DNA from: Candidatus Aenigmatarchaeota archaeon
GTDB taxonomy: Archaea > Aenigmatarchaeota > Aenigmatarchaeia > CG10238-14 > SCSR01
Length of the DNA: 64,000 nt
NCBI GenBank assembly: GCA_039000165.1
Contig: JAWBTW010000001.1
Coordinates: 30,525-94,524 of the forward strand
Direction: 5' to 3'
Shown here: piece by piece, positions 40,114-49,336 of the stretch
How the letters are laid out: each line of letters opens with the position of its first letter
Numbering within the stretch: the first letter of the stretch is position 1
The notes under the pieces: model-generated
Databases searched by the model: none
What the model saw: only the letters and a program-made list of their open reading frames with translations
What the model was told of the DNA's origin: nothing
Made by a program: the position numbers and the translations under genes

Positions 40114-40992
40114 ATGTTTGAAGAAATTTCCATTCTTGTTGCTCTTTTTGGTTCTTCTCTTGCCGGAATTTGGGATTTAAAAACTACAGAAATTCCAGAT
40201 TCCATACCTCATGCTATGATTTTTATTGCTTTATTGATTGCCTTAGCAAGAAGCTTTTATGAACAAAGTTTTTTTCCTTTTGTTTACAGTTTAGCTTGCG
40301 GTACTATACTTTTTGTTTTTGGTTTCGCTCTTTACTATTCAGGGCAATGGGGTGGAGGAGATGCTAAAATTTTAAGTGCTATTGGTTTTCTAATTCCAAA
40401 CATAATTAAAACCTCTTGGTTTGATAGGATTTTGCCTTTTCCTTTCAGCGGAATGGTGAGCTATACTCTAAACGTTTTCTTTGTGGGAACAGCCTACATG
40501 CTAGTTTATTCTTTTGTTCTTGCCTTAGTGAACAGGAAAATACTGAGTTTTTTCTCTAGAGAGGTAAAGGCTAGCGCAAACTTGATAGCAATTTTTAGTT
40601 TAGCTTTGTTCTTTATTTTTGTTGCGCTCAATTTTTATCTTTGTCATATTTTTGAAGTTTCAATAAACTTTCAGTTTTTAATGGTAAATTCCTTACTCCC
40701 CTTAGTTTTAACCTTGGGAATTTTCTTGATTTGGAAATTTACAAGGTCTGTGGAGGAAGTTGGCTTCAAGAAAAGGATTCCTGTTTCAAGGTTGAAGGTT
40801 GGTGATGTTTTAGCTGAAAGTAAATTGTGGGAGGGTATAACTCAAAAAGAGCTTATAAAGATTAAAAAATCTGGGAAAAAGTATGTAACGATAAAGGAAG
40901 GTGTAAGGTTTGCTCCTGCTTTTCCTTTAGCCTTAGTTTTCACGCTTTATTTTGGGGATGTTTTCCCCTTGATATTCAGGGTTTTGGTTTAA
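40114..40992 (+). CDS. A24 prepilin/preflagellin peptidase
   Basis: WDLKTTEIPD, GGGDAK, RFAPAF. Confidence 0.92.
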   Translation: MFEEISILVALFGSSLAGIWDLKTTEIPDSIPHAMIFIALLIALARSFYEQSFFPFVYSLACGTILFVFGFALYYSGQWGGGDAKILSAIGFLIPNIIKTSWFDRILPFPFSGMVSYTLNVFFVGTAYMLVYSFVLALVNRKILSFFSREVKASANLIAIFSLALFFIFVALNFYLCHIFEVSINFQFLMVNSLLPLVLTLGIFLIWKFTRSVEEVGFKKRIPVSRLKVGDVLAESKLWEGITQKELIKIKKSGKKYVTIKEGVRFAPAFPLALVFTLYFGDVFPLIFRVLV

Positions 40993-40996
40993 AAAT

Positions 40997-41656
40997 TTGA
41001 AAAACCAAATATATGTTATGGGCTTGAATTTCAGGGATTTTTTCGATTGGTTCTTAGGCTTGTTTGGGCATAAAAAGAACATAAGGTTAGGAATATATGG
41101 GGAAACTAACGTAGGAAAGACAACTCTTGCCAATAGGATTTCTCTTGACTGGACGGGAGAAGAAGTCGGAAAAGTTTCTGAAATTCCGCATGAAACAAGA
41201 AGTGTTCAGAAAAAAGAAAGAGTTGAGATTAAAGTCAAGAATAAAAAAATAATCCTCAACCTTCTGGATATGCCAGGCCTAGCAACAAAAGTTGATTACA
41301 GAAGCTTTTTGAAGTATGGGCTATCTAAGAAAGAAGCAAAAAAGAGAGCGAGAGAGGCTACAGAAGGGATAATAGAAGCAATTAAATGGTTAAGCAACGT
41401 TGATGCTGTTTTAGCGGTTATGGACGCTACCCGCGATCCTTTAACCCAAGTTAACATCACTCTTTTGGGAAATCTAGAAGCAAGAAAGATTCCTGTAATT
41501 ATTGTAGCTAATAAAATCGATAAGAAAAGAGCAAAACCTCAAGCCATAAGAGAGGCTTTCCCGCAATATCCTGTGGTCGAAGTTTCTGCTTTAAAGGGGA
41601 AGAATATGAACGAGCTTTATGAGGCTATAGCTAAGTATACAAGGCGAGCAAAATGA
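40997..41656 (+). CDS. oapA: Archaeal Era-like GTPase (OapA family); start may be 41018
   Basis: GETNVGKTT, HETR, DMPG, NKID, SAL. Confidence 0.88.
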   Translation: MKNQIYVMGLNFRDFFDWFLGLFGHKKNIRLGIYGETNVGKTTLANRISLDWTGEEVGKVSEIPHETRSVQKKERVEIKVKNKKIILNLLDMPGLATKVDYRSFLKYGLSKKEAKKRAREATEGIIEAIKWLSNVDAVLAVMDATRDPLTQVNITLLGNLEARKIPVIIVANKIDKKRAKPQAIREAFPQYPVVEVSALKGKNMNELYEAIAKYTRRAK

Positions 41657-42051
41657 AGTTGAAGATAGATTTTGTTTCGTCTGCAACGCTTGACGGAAAA
41701 CCAAGAAAGGAAAGGATTAACTTCATTCTTAACAAAGTAAAAGACGGCTCTATATTAGTTATGGACGGTGTGATGAGTCCTGACGAAGAGCTCGACTTGA
41801 TAAGAGAAACTATGAGAAGGGTTGATGATGGTTTTCCGGGAATAGAAGTTTGCAGCCTGAAAAGGAAAGTTAAAGGGTTCCAACTATTTCTTGAAAGAAT
41901 TTCCGACCATACGTTAAAGTTAAGAGAGCTTCTTACAAGAAAGCCGAGCGAGAAAAAGCTAAAGGAAGGGATAACCTTAGTTGGGCCGGCAAAATACATA
42001 AAGAAGATTAAAAAGAATCCTAATTCCTTTTCAGTTCTTACCGAGGTTTGA
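41653..42051 (+). CDS. oapB: DUF2073 (OapB) protein
   Basis: LSPDEE-like SPDEELDLI, FPGIE, GITLVGPA; operon context. Confidence 0.85.
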   Translation: MKLKIDFVSSATLDGKPRKERINFILNKVKDGSILVMDGVMSPDEELDLIRETMRRVDDGFPGIEVCSLKRKVKGFQLFLERISDHTLKLRELLTRKPSEKKLKEGITLVGPAKYIKKIKKNPNSFSVLTEV

Positions 42052-42054
42052 ATC

Positions 42055-42453
42055 ATGCACAAATGCATAAGATGCGGGGAAATATTTCAGGATAACGATG
42101 AGTCTATTCTTCGAGGTTGTACGCATTGCGGCTCAATATTTTTCCTTTACTTAAAAACTCTTGATGAAAGTAAACAACTAGAAGAGATTGAAAAAGAACT
42201 TGAGGAAAAAGAAACAACTCTTGAAAAAGAAATAGAAAAGAAAATAGAAGAAATAAAGAAAGGGGAAGTTAAGAGAAAGGGAAGAAAAAAGAAGTTTGGG
42301 GTAGAAACCATAAGAATTCCGAAAGAAGGAGTTTATGAAATTAACCTCGATGCTCTAATGAAAAAAAGGCCCTTGATAATTTTGGAAAAAGGAAAAGTTT
42401 ATTTTGTTCACCTGCCTTCGGTTTTTGAGAAGGAGCTTGAAAAAAACTCATAA
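42055..42453 (+). CDS. oapC: DUF2072 Zn-ribbon (OapC) protein
   Basis: HKCIRCG...GCTHCG..FF, ETIRI..GVYEINL. Confidence 0.85.
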   Translation: MHKCIRCGEIFQDNDESILRGCTHCGSIFFLYLKTLDESKQLEEIEKELEEKETTLEKEIEKKIEEIKKGEVKRKGRKKKFGVETIRIPKEGVYEINLDALMKKRPLIILEKGKVYFVHLPSVFEKELEKNS

Positions 42454-42825
42454 AATTCCAAGCTCTTTATCTTTTTCTACTTTTTCTTTTAGCTCAGGTT
42501 TGAGCTCAACTAGTTGAGAAAAAAGCTTCTCTTTGTACTCTCTGGTTATAAGATTATCGTCAGCTATTGTTTTAAGGAGAATAAACGTGTCCATACTTAC
42601 TTCAGGCTTTCTATGATTTTCCTTTTCTAAGCAGCTTTCAAGGCTTATGTTAAACGCCTTTCGGCATGCCTCTGCTAAAGTACTTGCAGTAATATTATAG
42701 ATTTCTGCAACCACAACCTGTTCAGGATAAGCTATTTGTTGCTGTTTTAAGATTTCATTTTTCATTTTTTCTATGAGCTCGTGAACAGCCTTAAAAACAC
42801 ATTCTTCTCTTTGGCAAGGTAGCAT
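42448..42825 (-). CDS. Hypothetical protein
   Basis: ORF only. Confidence 0.55.
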   Translation of the reverse strand: MLPCQREECVFKAVHELIEKMKNEILKQQQIAYPEQVVVAEIYNITASTLAEACRKAFNISLESCLEKENHRKPEVSMDTFILLKTIADDNLITREYKEKLFSQLVELKPELKEKVEKDKELGIL

Positions 42826-42869
42826 TTTCTCAGTAAATATTTTTTCTTTTTCTTAACTTATTGCTTATG

Positions 42870-43028
42870 CTAGCGAAGCGCTTCCTTTTGGATTTGAGCA
42901 AACCTTTCCTGGATTTGTGTAAAAGCTGCTGTAGTTTGCTTGTAAAATTCAAAAGTCATGTAAAAGACTACAGCAACCATCAAAAGCATTACTAAAAGCT
43001 CCACTAGCACTAATAGTCCTGATGTCAT
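42870..43028 (-). CDS. Small N-terminally hydrophobic protein (52 aa)
   Basis: manual translation MTSGLLVLVELLVMLLMVAVVFYMTF...EALR*. Confidence 0.4.
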   Translation of the reverse strand: MTSGLLVLVELLVMLLMVAVVFYMTFEFYKQTTAAFTQIQERFAQIQKEALR

Positions 43029-43071
43029 ACTTTATATAATGGTTGAACTAATATTTAAAGATTACTATCTT

Positions 43072-44598
43072 TTAGTGGTAACTAAATCTAGGAATTTTTC
43101 CAAACCTTTTGACAAACTCCTTAGGCCATTTTTTGGGATCCAAACCTTTCTGAGCAAGAAAAGCCACAACCCATCTCTCTAAACCAATTCCTGAGCAGCC
43201 TGTCCAAACTTCTTTTCCACTAGAAGTTTTAAAGTCCCAGGCATCGCTAAACTTGGTTCCTGCAACAGTTATGTTCTGAAATTCAAGCCATTCAGACTTT
43301 TCTCTTGGCCCACGAAAAGGAAGCCAAGCCTCAAAGTCGATAGTTCCCTTTTCTTTTTCTGCTTGACCTAATTGACCAGCTTGAGCCATGTACCAAGGCG
43401 TGACCCATGCCATTCTCCATTCTATGTCTAGAATTTTTTCGAAAACATACTTATACCTTTCAATCAACTTCTCTCTTATTTCTAAGGCTTGTTCTTTTGT
43501 TCCAAGCCAGATTAGTTCTATCCTGTGAAATTCACAAACCCTTTCTATTCCGTGCAAACCCCCTGCTTCCCATCTCATACTTGTTCCAGAAGCATCCCAA
43601 ACTTTTATTGGTAAATCTTCTTCCCTTAAACTTTTTTTCTCAAAGTACCAGTAAAAAGGCGGACATTGAGCAAAACATACTCCTAATCTTGGAGGTTCAA
43701 GCTTTTCTTTGAGCTGTTCGTAAGGAATTTTATTAGTAACTTTAACGTAATCTGCAAAATCTTCCCAAGCTGCTGGATCATAAGTTAAGGGTTTACTAAC
43801 GTAAAAAAATGAATTGGAAGAACCAGGCACATGGCCTGTGCGAAGCCAAACTTCTAGAGGAGTAACTTTTGGTAAAATGACCTCCTCAAAGTTTAATGGT
43901 TTTATAACTTCTTTTATTGCTATTTGTTGCATTGTTCTAAAAATTTTTGTTGGAATAGGAGTGTAAAGCCAAACTCCCACATCAAACCTTTTTATCCAGC
44001 CAAGCTTTTCCATTTCTTCTGAAGGGTCTTTATCCCAAACAGGTTTTTTTTCCTTGCTCTTCCATATAAGTTCCCAATGTTCTGATTTTCCTTTGTAATC
44101 TTGAAGTTCAATCTTTTCCTCAACTCTTCTTAAGATTCTTTCGACGTAACGATCTTCTAAGGCAGTAGAATCTAGGTTTTGAAGTTTTATGATTATTTCA
44201 TTTCCCTTAATCTCCATATCTTTAAACCAGGGGACTTTTATTTGAATTTTTTCCTTAGGAAGTTTTTTAGGGGAGTATCTTATTTCGTAATACTTTACGA
44301 AAATGTTTCTTACTCCTATTCCATAATCTTTACCAAATTTTTCGGAGAGAAAATTTCTCAACCTTAAAAAAGCGTCATGCGGCCTCAAGTATGTTGTACC
44401 TTCTATCGTAAGCAAGAGCTTTGTGCCTTCTATTGCCCAGTGAACTATTCTTGAACCTTCTTGTTCATGAGGCACGCCCTTCCTGAAGAGTTCGCTGTTT
44501 ATTTCTTTTGCTACAAGCTTAGGAAAATCTAGCTTAACAGGCTCTAAGGGTTTGCTAAACTCCATCACTCCCTCTAATGTTAGCCTCATAACGACCAA
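43072..44598 (-). CDS. serS: Serine--tRNA ligase, methanogenic (atypical, Zn-dependent) type
   Basis: long N-domain with RPHDA; AQCPPFY, GGLHGIERVCEFHRIE, WLEFQN, GCSGIGLERW. Confidence 0.92.
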   Translation of the reverse strand: MVVMRLTLEGVMEFSKPLEPVKLDFPKLVAKEINSELFRKGVPHEQEGSRIVHWAIEGTKLLLTIEGTTYLRPHDAFLRLRNFLSEKFGKDYGIGVRNIFVKYYEIRYSPKKLPKEKIQIKVPWFKDMEIKGNEIIIKLQNLDSTALEDRYVERILRRVEEKIELQDYKGKSEHWELIWKSKEKKPVWDKDPSEEMEKLGWIKRFDVGVWLYTPIPTKIFRTMQQIAIKEVIKPLNFEEVILPKVTPLEVWLRTGHVPGSSNSFFYVSKPLTYDPAAWEDFADYVKVTNKIPYEQLKEKLEPPRLGVCFAQCPPFYWYFEKKSLREEDLPIKVWDASGTSMRWEAGGLHGIERVCEFHRIELIWLGTKEQALEIREKLIERYKYVFEKILDIEWRMAWVTPWYMAQAGQLGQAEKEKGTIDFEAWLPFRGPREKSEWLEFQNITVAGTKFSDAWDFKTSSGKEVWTGCSGIGLERWVVAFLAQKGLDPKKWPKEFVKRFGKIPRFSYH

Positions 44599-44632
44599 TA
44601 AGTTGATTTTAGCTTTTAATCAAATATATTTT

Positions 44633-45928
44633 ATGCCAGAAAGCTTAAAAAGAGCTCTAACTTTTAAGGATGTGGTAATTCTTGGAGTTGCTATAATAAT
44701 TGGAGCAGGAATTTACAGCATAATAGGAAAAGCTGCAGGAATAGCAGGCTATTCAGTTTGGGTTTCTGTAATTTTTGCAGGAATAGTTACTTGTTTTACA
44801 GGCCTAAGCTTTGCTGAGATGACAAGCATTTACCCAAAAACCTATGGTTATTTTAAGCTGATTAAAACTGCTTTGGAAAGTATGGGAGGGAAGGTTTGGG
44901 GTTTTGTTGTTCAATGGATTTTAGTTCTAGCTTGCATTTTTGCTATCGCAACAATATCCTTAGCTTTTGCTGGCTATTTTTCAAGCTTTATTTATGTCGA
45001 CAAAGCTTTAGCAGCGGTCCTCATAATTCTTTTTTCAGCCTTTGTTTCTTATGTGGGAGTAAAGGAATCAGTAAGCTTAACAATTATTTTTTCTACAGCA
45101 GAAATTTTGGGCTTGATAGTTGTTATAGTTCTTGGAGTTTTTTTCTTAAAACCTGACGCTCAAGTTTTGCTGAAAATAAGTTTTGACTATAATGTTATCT
45201 ATGCAGCATCTCTAATATTCTTTGCTTTTACTGGTTTTGAGCTAATTCCTGCTCAAGCAGAAGAAACCCAACAAGCAGAAAAATTTGTTCCAAAAGCTAT
45301 AGTTGCTTCTATACTCATTTGCACGCTGATTTATTGTTTGGTTTCTATCGCAGTTACAAACTTATTAGAGCCTAACATGTTAGAACTTTCACAAGCTCCT
45401 TTGGTTGATGCAGTTTCAGCAAAGTTTGGAAGTAACTTTGGTTGGTTTTTATGGATTTGCGCTATAATCTCAATCGTTACAACAGTTTTAGGCGTAACTA
45501 TAACAAGCTCAAGACTTGTTTATGGTTTGGCAAAAGAAAAACTCTTTCCTGTTTTCCTTTCAAAAGTTTCTAAAAGGTTTAAAACTCCTAGTCTAGCTAT
45601 TTTCACAATAGCTTTTCTCTCAGCTATAACCACTTTTTTGATAAAAGATTTGAAAACCACGGCCGAGATTGCAAACTTCCTCACAATTCTTACTTTTTAC
45701 TTGGTAAACATTTCTGTAATAGTTTTAAGATGGACGAAGCCAAGAATACCCAGAGGCTTTAAAGTTCCTTTAAACTTTAAAAACACTCCTATACCTTCTT
45801 TAATAGCAAGCATTTTCTGCATGTTTTTGCTCTTTCATTTTCCTTTTGTAATAATTTTTAACGCAGTTTTTATCATAGGTTTAGGAATAGTTTTTTACTT
45901 TTTGACAAGGGAAAAATTTTTCGCTTAG
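44633..45928 (+). CDS. APC-family amino acid permease
   Basis: IIGAGIY, FFAFTGFE, many TM helices; ATG at 44633. Confidence 0.93.
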   Translation: MPESLKRALTFKDVVILGVAIIIGAGIYSIIGKAAGIAGYSVWVSVIFAGIVTCFTGLSFAEMTSIYPKTYGYFKLIKTALESMGGKVWGFVVQWILVLACIFAIATISLAFAGYFSSFIYVDKALAAVLIILFSAFVSYVGVKESVSLTIIFSTAEILGLIVVIVLGVFFLKPDAQVLLKISFDYNVIYAASLIFFAFTGFELIPAQAEETQQAEKFVPKAIVASILICTLIYCLVSIAVTNLLEPNMLELSQAPLVDAVSAKFGSNFGWFLWICAIISIVTTVLGVTITSSRLVYGLAKEKLFPVFLSKVSKRFKTPSLAIFTIAFLSAITTFLIKDLKTTAEIANFLTILTFYLVNISVIVLRWTKPRIPRGFKVPLNFKNTPIPSLIASIFCMFLLFHFPFVIIFNAVFIIGLGIVFYFLTREKFFA

Positions 45929-46998
45929 CTTGTAACTTCAAACTGTTTAAAAGTTTCAACAAGCTTTTTATTTTCAGGTTTTTCGAAATGCTCTCTTATC
46001 GGTTTAATTATTTTATCAAGCTCTCTTGCAACGTTTAGCTTTAAGTCTTGGGGATGGACTTTTCCTTCTCTAAAAGCTTTTTCCAGCTCTTCATAACTTT
46101 CAAAAGTTATGTTGCCGCCATACTTCCTTTCTCTTTCTACTTCAAAACTTCTGTTTTCTCGGAAAATTATGTACTTTGCAATTTCTAATACAGGATTATT
46201 TTCAACTACTTTTTCAGGGCACCAAGCCTTTCTTAATTTTTCTTCTATTTCTTCCTTTTTATCATGAACAAAGATGCAAGTCCAGGGTTTTGACTTGCTC
46301 ATTTTTGCTGCTATAGTTTTTTCTAACTTTTCTTTTGTTTTTGTTTCTGGCGGCTTAGCTAAGCCAGGGAGTAAATGGTGATGAATTGCTATGGGCTTTT
46401 TCCACCCTAGCTTAGGAAAAACTTCTCTACATAAAACATGGGCTTTTCTTTGGTCCATTCCACCATGGGCTATATCTTTGCCTAAGTATTTCACATCAAT
46501 GCATTGCAAAGGAGGATAAATAAATTGAGAAAAGTCAAGCTTTTCCTTCTCGCTTCTTCCCATTATCGTTAGGCAGCGAGTAACTCTTGGCAAAGTTATT
46601 TTTTTACAAAACCTTACCAAATCTTTCCAATATTCATCGTTGTTATGGTAAAGCTCTGAACCTAAAACAATCTCAGCTTTTGGGCAAAAAAACTTAAAAC
46701 CTTCTGCAAAATATTCAGAAGCTTTTTTTATGTTTTCCCAGTTTCCTCCTAGCTTGTTGTTGATAAAAGTGTGCCAGTCTGCAAGGAAAACTTTACATTT
46801 TATTCCTGCTTCTGCTAAATCGTTTATCTTGTAGCCGCAAATTAATAAAGTACCAATGTGTAATAAACCAGAGATTTCAAAACCTATGTAATGCTCAGGT
46901 TTGTCGTTTGTTTCTAGCAATTGTTTCAATTCTTCTTCTGTTAGTATCTCTTCTGTTGGTGGTCTTTTTATAAGCTCAAGTTTTGTTTCTAGGTCCAT
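45925..46998 (-). CDS. tyrS: Tyrosine--tRNA ligase
   Basis: YIGFEISGLLHIG, ADWH, YPPLQ, GGMDQRK, KMSKS. Confidence 0.97.
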   Translation of the reverse strand: MDLETKLELIKRPPTEEILTEEELKQLLETNDKPEHYIGFEISGLLHIGTLLICGYKINDLAEAGIKCKVFLADWHTFINNKLGGNWENIKKASEYFAEGFKFFCPKAEIVLGSELYHNNDEYWKDLVRFCKKITLPRVTRCLTIMGRSEKEKLDFSQFIYPPLQCIDVKYLGKDIAHGGMDQRKAHVLCREVFPKLGWKKPIAIHHHLLPGLAKPPETKTKEKLEKTIAAKMSKSKPWTCIFVHDKKEEIEEKLRKAWCPEKVVENNPVLEIAKYIIFRENRSFEVERERKYGGNITFESYEELEKAFREGKVHPQDLKLNVARELDKIIKPIREHFEKPENKKLVETFKQFEVTS

Positions 46999-47035
46999 AA
47001 TTTCATATTTTTTTAAATAAATTAAAAAGGATTGG

Positions 47036-47051
47036 TGTTAGACGTCTAACA
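47036..47051. repeat. 16-bp perfect palindrome, copy 1
   Basis: TGTTAGACGTCTAACA; supplies the stop of ORF 47038..47655. Confidence 0.95.
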
Positions 47052-47655
47052 TTTTAAAAAATTTATTTTTTCTTTTGACTTTTCTTGGTTTGAGTTTTGG
47101 CTTTGAAACCTCTTCTTCTACCCTTGCTACCGGAGCGATTGACTGAACTACAGCTCTTGGTTTTTTTACTGTTTTATAATTTTCATAAAGCCATATTATA
47201 AAGCAAGAAAACAAGTAGATTACTATCAGTTTAACTATGAAAAATTGTATTTCAGAAAGTGTACAATCATAGAATCGCTCAAACTCAGCAACTATAATTG
47301 AATTACTTCTTACTTCATCAGTAATAAAGCATACTACTAATCCACCAGGAAAAATTTTGGTTATCATATCCTCTGTTTCAAACTTTTCTAATAGTTGAGT
47401 ATAAATTGAGTGTTTGTGAGACCATTCCATTATCAACTTTTTAGTTTCAAGCTCCTTTTCTTCTTCCGTAAGAGTTGTGTTTGCTTGTATTAAAGTATGT
47501 TTCCAAAGGTAATTAGCCTTATCAGACAATATAGAGAGAGAAATGGTCATTATATTAATAAAGTAGTGAATAAAAATAAAAAGAAATAAATTTATGAGGA
47601 AAAAGAAAACACAAAATTTTTTCCAAGTTGGAGCCAAGAACTCCCTTGAACCCAT
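47038..47655 (-). CDS. Hypothetical membrane protein
   Basis: N- and C-proximal TM helices; ends ...MLDV* inside the palindrome. Confidence 0.65.
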   Translation of the reverse strand: MGSREFLAPTWKKFCVFFFLINLFLFIFIHYFINIMTISLSILSDKANYLWKHTLIQANTTLTEEEKELETKKLIMEWSHKHSIYTQLLEKFETEDMITKIFPGGLVVCFITDEVRSNSIIVAEFERFYDCTLSEIQFFIVKLIVIYLFSCFIIWLYENYKTVKKPRAVVQSIAPVARVEEEVSKPKLKPRKVKRKNKFFKMLDV

Positions 47656-47696
47656 AATTCTATTGTGAATTTTTATCTTATAAATATCTTAGAAAA

Positions 47697-48629
47697 TTAA
47701 AGCTCAACTATAAACATAAGTCTTTCTACAAGTTCTTTATACCTGTTCCTTATCGTTACTTCTGTGCATCTCATTTTCTCGGCCAAATCTCTTTGAGTTA
47801 TCCTTTCTCCTGTTAAAACAGAAGCTATATAAGCAGCAGCTGCTGCTAAACCAGTAGGAGCTTTCCCAAGAGTTAGCCTAGCTTGTTTAGCAGCTAAAAG
47901 TATTTTGTAAGCTACGTCTTCCGTTTTACCAGATTTACCAGCTTCATTTAATGGTCTAGAAACATACTCTCCAGGAGAAGGAGGAGGCAATTTATAGCCC
48001 AATTCTTTTACTATAAATCTATAACTTCTTCCTATTTCTGTTTTCCTAAGACCAGAAATTTCAGAAACTTGATCGATCGATCTAGGTATTCCTAATTGCC
48101 TGCATGATAAATAAACACTAGCAACAGCAAGCCCCTCTAACGACCTTCCACGTGAAATTCTTTCTTTTAAGGCTTTTCTAAGAATAAGAGAAGCGTTTTC
48201 CATGGCATTTTTTGGTAGTTCCAGTTTGTTACTTATCTTGATGATTTGATCTAAACCCAAAGCCAAGCTTCGTTCGTTAGCGTCAGAAACTCTCATCCTT
48301 GTCTGCCACTTTCTTAAGCGATAAGATGTTTCCTTTTGTTGTGGCTTTAAAGGCTTTCCATACGCATCACGATCAAGATTACTGATTGATGTCATTAGAC
48401 CCATGTCGTGAAGTGTGTAAGTTAAAGGTGCACCACTTCTTGGCCTTTTTTCTCTTTGCTCTTCGTCAAAAGCTCTCCACTCCGGACCTTTATCGTAAAT
48501 CTTTTGTGCTATAACAAGACCACAATTGCTACATACATCTTCTCCTGTGTCGTAATCTTTTATTATGTTCTTGCTACCACATTCAGGACATTTTTCGACT
48601 CTTGCTCTCAACAAAGGTTTTTCTTCCAT
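47697..48629 (-). CDS. tfb: Transcription initiation factor IIB (TFB)
   Basis: CPECGS...CSNCG Zn ribbon, GPEWRAF, two cyclin repeats, TEVTIRNRYKEL. Confidence 0.95.
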   Translation of the reverse strand: MEEKPLLRARVEKCPECGSKNIIKDYDTGEDVCSNCGLVIAQKIYDKGPEWRAFDEEQREKRPRSGAPLTYTLHDMGLMTSISNLDRDAYGKPLKPQQKETSYRLRKWQTRMRVSDANERSLALGLDQIIKISNKLELPKNAMENASLILRKALKERISRGRSLEGLAVASVYLSCRQLGIPRSIDQVSEISGLRKTEIGRSYRFIVKELGYKLPPPSPGEYVSRPLNEAGKSGKTEDVAYKILLAAKQARLTLGKAPTGLAAAAAYIASVLTGERITQRDLAEKMRCTEVTIRNRYKELVERLMFIVEL

Positions 48630-48676
48630 GCTGACTTATTCTCTAATAAGTTGTTTAATTTTAAAAGTTTTTTAGG

Positions 48677-48692
48677 TGTTAGACGTCTAACA
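48677..48692. repeat. 16-bp palindrome, copy 2 (extends to 18 bp, 48676..48693)
   Basis: GTGTTAGACGTCTAACAC. Confidence 0.95.
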
Positions 48693-48732
48693 CTTAAAAA
48701 ATTTATTCTCCATCATAATTTGCCTTTAAAAA

Positions 48733-48942
48733 TTAAACTGAAATTACTTTCTTCTCAAGAAGAATTGCTTCCCCACCTTCGTTTTTTATTCTTGTTGCTA
48801 TTAACCTTAAAGTTTTTATGTCATCGCTTTCCCAAACAGAATGCTGAATTTTTTCTGCTCTAATTGCTTTTAAAGCTCTGTTTACTTGAACTTGCAAGAC
48901 TTTTTTATCTCTTGGGATGTCGTAAATTATTATGTACTTCAT
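48733..48942 (-). CDS. Stand-alone Cas2/PaaX-central-domain-like protein (69 aa)
   Basis: YIIIYDIP ... KIQHSVW, hallmarks of the Cas2/VapD/PaaX ferredoxin-like fold. Confidence 0.75.
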   Translation of the reverse strand: MKYIIIYDIPRDKKVLQVQVNRALKAIRAEKIQHSVWESDDIKTLRLIATRIKNEGGEAILLEKKVISV

Positions 48943-48946
48943 AAGT

Positions 48947-48962
48947 TGTTATACGTCTAACA
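48947..48962. repeat. 16-bp palindrome, copy 3 (1 mismatch)
   Basis: TGTTATACGTCTAACA between the TATA-like box and the ATG of the Cas2-like gene. Confidence 0.9.
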
Positions 48963-48981
48963 AGCTTAAAAATTTTTCTAG

Positions 48982-48997
48982 TGTTAGACGTCTAACA
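48982..48997. repeat. 16-bp palindrome, copy 4
   Basis: TGTTAGACGTCTAACA; supplies the stop of the SUI1-like ORF. Confidence 0.95.
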
Positions 48998-49309
48998 TAA
49001 AAATAAAAAAAGAAGGGAGGTTAAGGAAAGTTTTTGTAAGATTTCAACAATTTTAGCAGGTTCGTGAACACCTCTGAGAACTATTTCCTTTTGGTTGATG
49101 CTACCACTAGTGTTGAGAGCTTTTTGAAGTTCTTTTAAAGCTCTCTTTCTCCACGCTTCACTTTTTGTTATTTCTCCGCTGACTATTGTACAACCATTAG
49201 ATGTTTTTTGAATCTTTACTTCGCATATTTTCTTTTCCTTCTCATCTTTAAGAGGACAAGAGCAATCTTTCTTAAGATCTTTTGGCATACCACAAGCTTT
49301 ACATGCCAT
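48992..49309 (-). CDS. Divergent SUI1/aIF1 paralogue
   Basis: CKACGMPKDL..CSC, TIVSG, ELQKAL..SGS, IVLRGVH align with the aIF1 at 36353. Confidence 0.7.
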   Translation of the reverse strand: MACKACGMPKDLKKDCSCPLKDEKEKKICEVKIQKTSNGCTIVSGEITKSEAWRKRALKELQKALNTSGSINQKEIVLRGVHEPAKIVEILQKLSLTSLLFLFLC

Positions 49310-49336
49310 TCTCCCATCCTCTCTATTCAATCAGAT

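Noticed and set aside
48677..48997. Palindromes next to a Cas2-like gene read as a CRISPR array
   Set aside because: Repeats are only 16 bp, spacing is irregular (19 bp, 254 bp, kilobases), and there is no cas1 or other cas gene.
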